Positions 23,901 to 32,880 of a DNA stretch of 64,000 nt are shown here, in pieces. Source of the DNA: Lama glama (taxonomy: Eukaryota). Below the pieces are notes generated by a model. The model was not told the DNA's origin. It searched no databases and saw only the letters and a list, made by a program, of their open reading frames with translations. A program made the translations under genes and the position numbers. Position 1 is the first letter of the stretch. Every line of letters starts with the position of its first letter. Where the stretch lies: NCBI GenBank assembly GCA_028534125.1, contig CM052851.1, forward strand, positions 8,680,001 to 8,744,000. Reading direction: 5' to 3'.

Positions 23901-24817
23901 AAACTTTATTTACACAAACAGATGGCAGGCTGGACTTGGCTCTCAGGTCGCAGTCCGCCCACCCCTGGTCCGGAAGTGAGCCCAGTAAACCTGCCTGTTC
24001 CATGCTGGACCCGGGTGCTGGCGCTGGGCCTCGCACATCACATGTGGCTGAGTGAATGTTGGGCACAGGAGAAGGGTGAGGATTGGGGTAGGCCAGAGCA
24101 GACCCTCACCCATGGCAGGTGGCCCTTACCCAGGCGCACGTAGAGCACATACTGCATGGATTCTCGGGGCTCCGTGTAGAGGATGCCCCCGCGCATGCTC
24201 AGCCAGATGATGGCCATCTCTGCAATCATGCAGCTCAGCAAAATGCCCAGGTAGCCGCGGCCGTGGTCCACCAGGTTCAGGGAGCAGGCCTCGTTCGGGT
24301 TGTAGACCAGGCCGAAGAGCACCACGGACAGGATCACAAACCTGGGGGAATGCACACGTGAGCGGAGCCAGGCAGCCTGCGCACCTCCCACGGCCCACCT
24401 CCCAGCGGGGGGAGGTGAGGGCCTCACTGCTCCGGGCCCAGGACCACTGTCCACCTGGCAGTGAGTCCCTCTGAGGACACAGGTATCCAGGGACAGGGTA
24501 GCAAGAGCAGTGAGTCCAGCCACCAGCCGTGGGCAGGCAGCACAGCAGCTCCGCCCAGCGCTGGTGTCAGGTCCAGCAGTGGCCGGGTGGGGTCTCCATG
24601 TGGGTATCGCCCTAAGCGGTGGATGGTTCAACACTGACTCCTGGGAGCTGGGCACATGATGGCGTTGGGACAGATGATCAGAAGGCCTTCTTCCAGGCCT
24701 GTGACATGGGCATAAGACTCACCATGTGGTGTGCAGGAGGAAGAGGAAGATGGCTGGCAGGACGAGGTCATCGCTGCCCACTGACCAGCGTCGCCGGAAC
24801 ACCACAATCCCGGGCAT
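2005..24817 (-). CDS. DAGLA: Diacylglycerol lipase alpha, spliced CDS of 19 coding exons, 3126 nt / 1041 aa
   Basis: Exon translations join in frame: [21 protein letters not shown]...GHSLGAG...GKDLVPR...LHEHLPY...PKPPRLF...DDLVISAR*. This matches mammalian DAGLA as I recall it. All intron phases are consistent; 17 coding-region introns are GT-AG and one is GC-AG. Confidence 0.99.
4245..4432 (-). CDS. DAGLA: DAGLA exon 19 (188 nt; VLENYN...NSSVR)
   Basis: cccag|GTG ... AG|GTGAGC. Confidence 0.97.
4833..4962 (-). CDS. DAGLA: DAGLA exon 18 (130 nt; CCEQEEP...EGLNK), catalytic His650 codon 4866-4868
   Basis: cctcag|CTG ... AAG|GTGAGC. Confidence 0.97.
5651..5847 (-). CDS. DAGLA: DAGLA exon 17 (197 nt; WRIIVG...AEQC)
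   Basis: caacag|TGG ... TG|GTAGGT. Confidence 0.97.
7101..7173 (-). CDS. DAGLA: DAGLA exon 16 (73 nt; IGLSQL...STKPK)
   Basis: cccag|GATC ... AAA|GTGAGT. Confidence 0.96.
7506..7574 (-). CDS. DAGLA: DAGLA exon 15 (69 nt; EDAMEY...GKDLVPR), catalytic Asp524 codon 7517-7519; GC donor
   Basis: ttgcag|TGAG ... CAG|GCAAGT; only this GC donor keeps the frame into exon 16. Confidence 0.95.
7847..7989 (-). CDS. DAGLA: DAGLA exon 14 (143 nt; GRGTKHY...GGLLS), with the GHSLG nucleophile motif (7939-7953; Ser472 codon 7945-7947)
   Basis: cccag|GGC ... AG|GTGAGC; GxSxG motif read directly. Confidence 0.97.
8170..8730. mobile_element. Degraded L2 fragments (host the Vic-1 SINE)
   Basis: tactcatccttcaa...aagccttcctga, actagactg..ctcctgagg, gtgcctggcacagagtgggtgctca. 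Confidence 0.55.
8296..8397 (-). mobile_element. tRNA-derived SINE of Vic-1 (camelid) type with 16-bp TSD
   Basis: Minus strand GGGTGGGTATAGCTCAGTGGTAG (A box)...GGTTCAGTCTCC (B box)...AGTACCTCCATTAAAA with A-rich tail; TSD cctgggatagaccttt at 8280-8295 and 8398-8413. Confidence 0.88.
8945..9025 (-). CDS. DAGLA: DAGLA exon 13 (81 nt; GMVLSA...GRDL)
   Basis: cccag|GGA ... CTG|GTAAAG. Confidence 0.96.
9499..9576 (-). CDS. DAGLA: DAGLA exon 12 (78 nt; DALTDL...LGHK)
   Basis: accag|GAT ... AAG|GTACCC. Confidence 0.96.
9692..9775 (-). CDS. DAGLA: DAGLA exon 11 (84 nt; VYETPF...RGTLSPK)
   Basis: cctag|GTC ... AAG|GTATGC; lipase class 3 RGT motif. Confidence 0.97.
10367..10520 (-). CDS. DAGLA: DAGLA exon 10 (154 nt; CCLCPAR...SCHDA), Cys-rich insert
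   Basis: cgccag|GTG ... GCG|GTGAGG. Confidence 0.97.
10630..11880. mobile_element. Degraded L2 LINE (hosts the L1 fragment)
   Basis: Pyrimidine-rich L2-type text (ccctctgtctggaatgctctt, tcaggcctctgctcaaatg, cagtgccaggcacatagcagg...aaatgaatg); approximate limits. Confidence 0.6.
11321..11380 (+). mobile_element. Extremely 5'-truncated LINE-1 3' end with 15-bp TSD
   Basis: ttgtaaactgactataactcaataaaaa plus A-rich tail; flanked by aaaaccctatgatgc (11306-11320) and aaaaccctaagatgc (11381-11395). Confidence 0.75.
13900..14040 (-). mobile_element. MIR SINE
   Basis: Core ccccattttacagataaggaaacggaggct...ggattcaaacc. Confidence 0.7.
14215..14339 (-). CDS. DAGLA: DAGLA exon 9 (125 nt; QEMLRY...ARSCS)
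   Basis: ttccag|CAA ... TC|GTGAGT. Confidence 0.97.
16137..16214 (-). CDS. DAGLA: DAGLA exon 8 (78 nt; ANNDIL...DLKNS)
   Basis: tttatag|GCC ... TCG|GTGAGT. Confidence 0.97.
16799..16933 (-). CDS. DAGLA: DAGLA exon 7 (135 nt; DAYSEI...AVLDE)
   Basis: ctcatag|GAC ... GAG|GTGAGC. Confidence 0.97.
18886..18973 (-). CDS. DAGLA: DAGLA exon 6 (88 nt; HRLEEG...KDSQS)
   Basis: actgcag|GC ... TCA|GTAAGT. Confidence 0.97.
21550..21790 (+). mobile_element. MIR SINE, near full length
   Basis: tagtggttaaaagcaagggctct...gctgtgtgacctcaggcaagtca...cagtttcctcatctgta. Confidence 0.8.
22073..22211 (-). CDS. DAGLA: DAGLA exon 5 (139 nt; MVVCNW...TYNLR)
   Basis: cccacag|GG ... CG|GTCAGT. Confidence 0.97.
22651..22752 (-). 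CDS. DAGLA: DAGLA exon 4 (102 nt; ILVIEFIY...NVTL)
   Basis: ccttgcag|CC ... CTTG|GTACGT. Confidence 0.97.
23744..23967 (+). mobile_element. MER58A-like hAT-Charlie DNA transposon (MITE)
   Basis: Terminal inverted repeats caggggtcggcaaact ... agtccgcccacccctg, 224 bp, internal tctgtaaagggccag and ccaataaaactttattta. Confidence 0.85.
24130..24341 (-). CDS. DAGLA: DAGLA exon 3 (212 nt; FVILSVV...YVRL)
   Basis: ttcccccag|G ... CTGG|GTAAG; hydrophobic transmembrane segments. Confidence 0.97.
24723..24817 (-). CDS. DAGLA: DAGLA exon 2, coding part (95 nt; MPGIVV...LHTTW). The whole exon is 24723-24861, including 44 nt of 5' UTR
   Basis: Kozak gccagccATG at 24817; acceptor ctgtctcag| at 24862; donor TG|GTGAGT. 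Confidence 0.96.
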
Positions 24818-27800
24818 GGCTGGCAGCTCTGCGGAGGCTCAGCGGGCCTGGCGCTCACCTCCTGAGACAGAGCAGACCCTGTGGCTGCCTAGGCCACTGA
24901 GGCACCCAGGGTCGCCACATGCCTTGCTGGGTGTGCCCAGCGGCACAGGCGTCTCCCCCAGGCCCTACAGCCCAGGGGCTTCCTGACCCTTCCTGGGCAG
25001 ACCCACCTCCCGCAGGATCCACCCCCAGAGCCAACATCAAAAACTGCAGCAGCCAGACACTGGCTTCAGCCTTACCCCTACCCTTGAGGACTCTCCTGTC
25101 CCCCATACTGGCACATGCCCCTTGGGATCAGCTCTGCCAGGGGCTACCCCAACAGGAATTGCTCAGCATCATTAAAGACCTGGGTTCATCCTTGCCTCGC
25201 CCTCCATGGGATCAGGGGAGCCCCTGCCCAGTGTACGCAGTCCTTGGGGTGAGGTGGGTGCTTCCCAGACCAAGCCTGAGTTGTCCCCTGGTGTGAGGCC
25301 AGCAGGGCAGGTGGAAGGCTGAAGGTCTTGGGGAGGGTGGGGATAAGGGCATGCCTGGGGCTGGAAAATATGGGGGATGGGAGTTCCCAGCACATAGTAG
25401 GTACTCAGTAAATCTGTGTTGCATGAGGTCTTCCACTGCTTGCTTTGCTAGAATGCTGGAAATCAAGTCACTCTATGACTTGATTTTGCACCCATCAGAC
25501 AGAATTCCCAACCACAGCGATGCCTCTTGGTAAGGAAGGACATGGCTGAGACACAAGTTCAAGAGCATGGCTGGGGTGCTCAGCCCCTCTGCCGGAAGGG
25601 CAGCGGGCAAGCCCTGGGGGTATCCCATCCTCTTGGCAACCATCCCTCCCACACCCACCCTGAGCCATGCAGCCTTCACTGCCCCGATCCCAACTCTCTG
25701 AAGTAGCCGAATTCAAATTATCCACAGGCAAGCTCAGGGAGGAGGGCCCAGGAACCCCCCAGTCCCCACACCCTAGAGTCCCAGAAACAACGGCAGTGGT
25801 GGTGGCCGGGGGTAGACACCCATGAGGGGCTCTAGAGTAGCTCTGAGCTGAACTGTGTAGAGGAACCCCTGCTGCAGGAGGCTGGGCACTGGTGGGCAGC
25901 TGCCCCCAGGCTGGCAGAGGCTTACATGGCATCTGGTCCAAGGGTAGGCAGCAAGTCCTCCTCTCCCCGGTGACGGCTCCAGGGAAAAAGAGTGTCTGCG
26001 GAGACCGGCATCACTTGGGAAGTGGCCAAGTCTCCCCCGACCGGTGGGATGGCCCTCAGGGTGGGCGAGGGGGTTTGGGGTCTGGTGGCCAGCCGGCACG
26101 TCCAGTCCAGCCCGTCTCTGTCGCCCTTTCCCTGGTGCAGCCACTTCATCCAGCCGCTGCCAGGCTGCTCCCAGCGAGGTGGCGGCCTGGCGGGCGGGCC
26201 GGCGGGCTAGCCTGCTGGGGTCGTGCCTACTCCTCCCCCCACCCTCAGGAAGTGACATCATCCCACTCTCTCCAAGGAGGAGTCGGAGCACGGATTCTGG
26301 GAAGCGGGAGAAGGATGGAGCGCGCGCAGAGCTGCATGGTGGGGTGTCCGGGGGTGGGGGTCTGGGACTACAGGGGGCTAGGGCTCCAGCTGTATGTCTG
26401 TGACAAGTGGCTGACGGCACTGGCTATGTTTGAAAGGACGGAGGGGAAGGGAGGGGCTGGGGCTCCGTGGGTGGCAGCAGGGCTGCGGAAGGACAGAGCT
26501 GCCAACAGCTGGTATGTCAGCCACCAGCTCCTACAGCCCCTCCCCATCTCCAGGTGGCCCACGGAGGTTACCTCAGAATGCTGGGTTGGGCTCGGGGGCC
26601 CCTCACACAAATGAAACGACTGCGAGGTCCCAGAAGGTGCTGTAGCTCCGCATCCCACTCTAATCAGGCCAGACCCCGGCAGAGGAAGGGGAGGGCCGTC
26701 CCAGAGGAGCCCAGAAGAGCTTGTTCTCAGGGATGCTCCGCGGACAGCCCTTCCCAACCATCTCCTCTCCCTCTGCCCTTCACCTCTTGGAGTCTAGAAT
26801 GGCTAAAACTCTCACAGTTCACATGTACCATCCACCTCACAATATCACACAAAGCCCCACGTGTGCACACGGCCCCACCCTCCCTGCTCTCAGGTGGGAG
26901 AAGTAGGGGGATCCTGGCACCCAGCCCTGCAGAGGTGGCTGAAGGTCTGTTAAGACACCAGCGTGAAACGGCCAGTGGCAGCCTCTGCCCCCCAGCTCAG
27001 GGAGTGATCAGCCAACAGCCGTGGTCAGTGCCAGTCCCACTTCGATCATGTGGCAGGGTTCCCTTAGGCTGACCCCACCAGGTGCTCCGTTACAGGCCTG
27101 GACAAAGCCAGTGACAGTCTTAGCTCTGGTGGGCTAAGCAGAGGGAGAGCATGTGAACCCGGCAGATCAGCTGCCCCTCCCTGGTCTGGGCTAGAGGACT
27201 CTCCAGCTGGTCACTGCCAGGTCACGGTGTGGGATGGGGGTGACAGGGCCTGTGCTGCTCTGGGGGAGAGTGGGCCACTCTATTCCATGTAGATTCATAA
27301 ATCTCAGGGCTGCTATTTTTAAGGGCCTGAAAGACGCCCTTTCTCTCGAGACCCCAGCCCTTCACAATGGGGGCCTGTTCCCCTGCTGGGGATGTGATTT
27401 CATCTGGAGGAAATGTCTCAGGATGGGGGAGGGCAGAGGCTATTTCCTGGTCTGGGGCTGCCACAAAGCACCTCCTCTGGCTCTCCTCCCCCAGGGCACA
27501 GGGTCTGTGCCCTCCAACAACCTCAGTGGGGGCGCACATAGCTTCCCTACCCAGATCAGTGGTCCTCCCAGGGGAGGTGTGGCACCCCCCCCTTCAGTAG
27601 GGGAGAACAGGGGCACTGCTGGGCGCTCCCTATGCCCTGGCTGGGCCGCCAGCCCAGGCAGGTGTGAATGGGGTGCCAGGACACCCCCCCACATGGATGG
27701 GATGACTTGAGTGGTACTACAGGGCCCCTTTCTTCCTCTATCCACAAAGCCCAGTATCCTTGATGGTGATTCAGGCCCTTGAGTTAAGCATTAACCATTC

Positions 27801-29489
27801 TCAGAGTTCCACTTCCCAAAAATGCAAAATTGTTTTCTAAAATGCACATGCTGATTCCTACTTTAAAAACCTTTCATGGCTCCCATGGTCTGCAGGGTAA
27901 AGTCCAGACCTCTCAGGCAGTAGCTAAGGGCCTCAGTAACTGGTAGGCGGGCTGTGCAACCTTGGGCAAGTGCCTTGCCCTCTCTGAGTCTGGGAGCAGG
28001 AAGACCCTCCCCAACCCCTGGGGATCCCGGGCACAGACAGGCTCAGGGCCTTCTTCTGGCTAGAGAAGTACTCCAGCCCCTTCTCACACTGCCCCATCCT
28101 CCTCCCGACCCTACCAAACTGCTACTCCCTAAAACACCTCACTGGAATCTGTGCTCTGTCTACCTCAGTTCCTCTGCCAGACAAAATCCCACTCATCTTT
28201 CAAGGCCAACCAAAAGTCATCACCTATTTGAAACCCTCCTTGACAGCACCCCCTACCCTTCTCACGCAGAACTGGCTGTTCCCTAATGGGCCCCCTGGAT
28301 GCCTCCCCCAGGGTAGCCCTGGGCACATTGCGTTAGTGTAAACTTATTGATTCTTTGCTGCCCATCCCTGCCCCAGCTCAGCCGAGAGTCCTGGAGGGCT
28401 GGGGTCTTGCAGCGCTGCTGATCTTCACACCCACTCTCTTGCCCTGGAGTGTGAGCATAGGCCCCCCCCCCGTCCCCGCAGCAGCCCCGGTCCCTCCAAA
28501 CCACCACTCCATCCCCCTGAAGCAGCTGTCATAAGACTGGAGACACAGTTCCTTCCTCTCGTAGCTCAAATCCTTCCCTCTTGGGGAAATGTTCCCCACC
28601 CCGCCCCCACGCTCCCTGGCTGCTTTCAGAGGACCAGCTTCTCTAGCTATCTTAAGTACTCTAGGGCTTTTTCCTCAGCTGCAAAATGGGGACAACACCA
28701 CTCCCTCAGAAGGCTGCAGCAAGAGCTGACTGGGATGATGTCACAGAGATCTGCATAGGTCCCGGTGGACCCCAGGCCTCTCCTCGTGGGGGCCATCATA
28801 TCAGCGGGGCTTCTGGGGACTTCATGGCAGGGTGATCTGGGATGGGTGCTGGGGTTTGGGCAGGTGTTGCTGATTGCATGATTGGCTCCAGCTGATCAGA
28901 AAGGGCTGGCCTGGGCAGATCAAAGCCCTGACAGGGTAACCTTCCCCTGCCATGGGCCTTAGGGGGCTGCTATTTAAAGAGCCAGGGCTGGGCCTTCTCC
29001 CCCTGATCCTAAGGTCCCCTTGGGCTTGGCCCTGGGAGCAGGCTTCAGGGAGCAGTGCCCTCGGCAGTAGGTCCCAGCAGGTCAGTGCTGAGAGCTTTCA
29101 GGGAAGGGAGGTCACAGAGAGTTCCAGCTCGGGGCTAGTGGGAGACAGGAGGTCACCCTGCTTGCTGGCAGTGGGGCCAGGGCACCAGAATCAGGCTGAA
29201 TCACAGGGAAAGGATGATGTGATATAGGAGGCCCATCCAGTGTCACCTCCAGCCTCTAGGTCAGTTCATGAGGTGTCCCACCTGGCAGGGGTGACCTTGT
29301 GCATCCAGGCCCAAGGATGGGCTGGAAGCTGAGCCTGGAGGAAGGGATGACAACCAGACCCAGGCCACAGGGATACATCTGACATTGGCGAGCACCTCCC
29401 TTGTTCCAAGTCCACCTGCCAGCCTCACAGCAGCGATGCAGGTTGACAGCGTCACCCTCAGTCCACATGCTCTAAAAATCAGGCTGTGT

Positions 29490-29690
29490 CTAGGTCCTGG
29501 CCCTGCACTTACTGGCTGTGTGACCTTGGACAAGTTATTTAACCTCTCTGTGCCGCTCAGTTCCTTATTTCTAAAATGGGGCTAAGAACAGTACCTAGCT
29601 CAGAATTGTCACAGGGTTAAATGAGTCACACACTTAAGCCCACACCTATCACAGAGTAGGTGCTCAGTGAATGTAGCTCTTCCACTATGA
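29490..29690 (+). mobile_element. MIR SINE
   Basis: cttactggctgtgtgaccttggacaagttatttaacctctctgtg...gagtaggtgctcagtgaatg. Confidence 0.75.
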
Positions 29691-32689
29691 TTTCTATTGA
29701 AGAATGAGGAGGCTGGGGCTCAGAGACTCTGCCCCGCAGCTTCCAAGGAGCAGGAGGCTGAGCAGGCAGGAGTCCAGTGCTATCCAAAGCCCACACTTAA
29801 TGCAGGAATGTCAGGGTTAGAAGGGGCCATGCAAACAGTCCTGGAGCCCCCTTTTATGGGTAAGAAAACTGAGGTTCAGAAAGGCCCCAGAGACTCCAGC
29901 TTTCCCTATCTGTCCATCCCAGCAGGTGCTAGACAAACTGTCCTACAGTTCCCTTCTCCCACCTCACAGCATGCTGTTCTTGAACTCCCCAAGAGACAGT
30001 CCCATTAGCAGAGTGTTTCTCCGGGGAGCCTGGGCTGAGATCTTCTCTTTCACACTCTTGATGCATAACCCCCTTGGAAGCTGGCAAAATCCACATGAAC
30101 TCCCTCGCTGGCAATCAATCCACAAGAAGGCATCAATCACCTGTACGGTTTCAGGCAGAGTCATCTGTGGCTACCTCTCCACCTCCCAGTGGGTGGGGAC
30201 CCCACTGCTCCGCAGCTGGGCTGGCAAAGGAGAGGAGACCTCAGCCCCAGGCCCACTTTCCCTGGACCCCGTTTAGCCCTGCCTGTTGAGGCTGGTGACT
30301 GGGCTAGGTCCAGCCACATTCTCAAGCTGCCAGCCCCAGACCCAGGGCAGCATCCCCAGGCCAGAAATTCACCACTCCTTCAGGCCTTGGTTGCCTCTCC
30401 TGAAGAATAAAGAACCTGGACTAAGGGGAGGCTAGTATTTTTGTATTTGTTAATATTTACTTGTATCAGCAACAGCTGCATGTGTCTATACGGGAACCAC
30501 AAGCAATGAAAAGGTGGAATATAAATGTAAAATCTTCAGAACAAAAACTAAGTACATTAAAATAGAAGATTGGGGAAATGGTTGTACATGTGCAAGACAC
30601 AACGGCCCCCACAGGAGCTACGTGTAAAACTATCAGTACATTCCATGCTTCCTGGTGGCCAAAGTAAAAAGGGAAATCAGGCAGTCTGTAAGGACTCTTT
30701 TAGTTCCGCAAGGTGCTGTGGTCTTTGGAGTCCTGAGGAGAGGGCCCAGGACTCCCTTTCCTATAATGAGTGGGATTCCCTGTGTGAAAGGGCTTTGAAG
30801 TTAGAATGTGTTCCAAACACAGTGAGAGGAAACTGCTGCTAGCTAGGCCCTTGGGGTCTGTCTGGTTCCCAAGTGTTTCTGTGTTGGGCACTGGAGCTTG
30901 TCTTCCTGAGGTGGGTATCTGACTTGGGGGCCTGACTGCAGTGAGGCTGGGCCCCAGGCAGCCTGCAGGGCGAGTGCTGGCCCCAGATGCTCTGTCTCAG
31001 CGGGGTGGGCTCACGAACGGGCTCCCTTCTGGCCTAAGTGGGCTGGTAGACAGCGCCCGCCCTCTTTAGTCGTGCCCAGAGCACTGGCTCCAGGGGTGGT
31101 CAAATCCTGGCCCCTCCACTTCTCAGCTGTGGCCACTCTCTGGCTACAGAGCTAGTTAGCCTCCCTGCTGGCTGGTGAGGCTTATATGAGGGAGCACCCA
31201 CACAGGGAGGGGATCAACACATAGTAACCAGAATCACTTCAAGAGGCTGCAGGGCGGTCCCAGCTCAGCCCACCTTAAGTCCTCTAGCACCTGTCAGTTA
31301 CCTACCACATCCTGGGCCTCATCTGAGCCCTTTGCAAACATAACTCACTTAATCCTTATAATAACTCTGTGAGGCAGGCACTGCTATTACTGTATTTTAC
31401 AGATGAGGTGAAGTGAATTGCCCTGGGTCACACAGCCTAGTTCCAGGGCCTGTGTCTTAACCACTGCTTCTGAGGAGCAGGATTCAGCTAAATGCCTGTT
31501 TTTGAACCCAGGAGCAGGCTTCTGATGCCCCCTATGGAATGAAGAGCCATGGCGTTAGGGATCACAAAGAGCTCTGTGGGTCTTCCTCTGGCTCCAGGCT
31601 TGTGGTCACGCCACCACGGGGAGACTGCGGGTATCGACCCCACTCTGCAGATGAGGAAGACTGAGCCCAGGGGAGTTCCACGGGCTGCCTGAAAGTGAGG
31701 GGGCTATGGGCCCAGAGCTAGAAGCCTCATCAGGTCATAGGGGCATTACCCCAGCTTTACAGATGAAGAGACCAAGGTCAGAGAGGCACAATTCCTGAAG
31801 ATCCCACGACAAGGACGGGGCAGGGCTGGTATTTCAAAGCAGCCTCCTTGAGTTACTTGAAAAGAAAAAATCTCTGCCCGTCAGTCCGGGTCCTCATTCC
31901 CACGCACACAGACACAAAGACCCACATGTTCCCTCCACCGGGCAAGTCCCTTCTCCTTCCCTGGCCTGTGGCCCCACACAGAGGTTGGTCTCCAGGACCA
32001 CAGGAAGGGGAAGGGCGGTGAGGGAGGCGACAGAGAGAGCACGTGCGTGGGTTGGGGGCCACGTGCACTGCCAGCCTGTGCCCGGGTGTGCACAACCCAA
32101 GCTACTGGCCTGAAAGCTGTTGCTTTTCACACGTCAGCTGTGCAGGAGCAGAAGGCAGAGCTGAGTCTGCCCAGGGCTGAGGCCGGGTTCCTCACGCACC
32201 CAGGCTCAGGGACTGAAACAGTGTGCCTGGTGTGGCCGGGGGCAGGAGGGGGACGCCACGGCCACTCCCCTCCGCCCCCAGGGTCTCAGACTCACAAGCA
32301 CCTTCCCCACCCTCCCAGCCAGGGCCACTTTGAAGGACCAGGGGAGGTGCCTCCTATGCCCCTCACTACAAGCCCGAAGGTGGGTACAGCTGGTCTCATG
32401 TCACAGATGGGGAAACCGAGGCTCTGAGGTTAAACAACCCAATGAGTGAGGTGCCAAGTCTGGCTCTGAAGCCACGTCTTTCTGCTGTGTTCTCTCCACA
32501 TCGACAGGCTTGATGGCCAGAGCCCCTCCCTACGGAAGAGCAATCTCAGGGCCAGGCAGAGAGTTCGAGGAAGAGGATGAAAAGGAATGGCTCCAACTGC
32601 TGGATGCCATGCTGGGCTGGATGCAGAAACAGCTCCAACAATTATTCTATCACCTGTTATTTTTTAAAAAATTCTTACATAGCATTTAT

Positions 32690-32880
32690 TATATATGGTA
32701 AAGAGCAATTCTCAGATGTTACCCACTTTAACGTCATTCTTTTAACAACCCTATGAGGTAAATGTTATCATTTTATGGATGAGGAAACAGGCCCAGAGAA
32801 GTAAAGTAACTTTCCCAAAGTCACTCAGCTAGTGAGAGACAGAGCCAGGCCGCGGGGCTCCAGTCTGTGCTCTCAGCCCC
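32690..32880 (-). mobile_element. MIR SINE
   Basis: aacaaccctatgaggta...gatgaggaaacaggcccagagaagtaaagtaactttcccaaagtcac. Confidence 0.75.
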
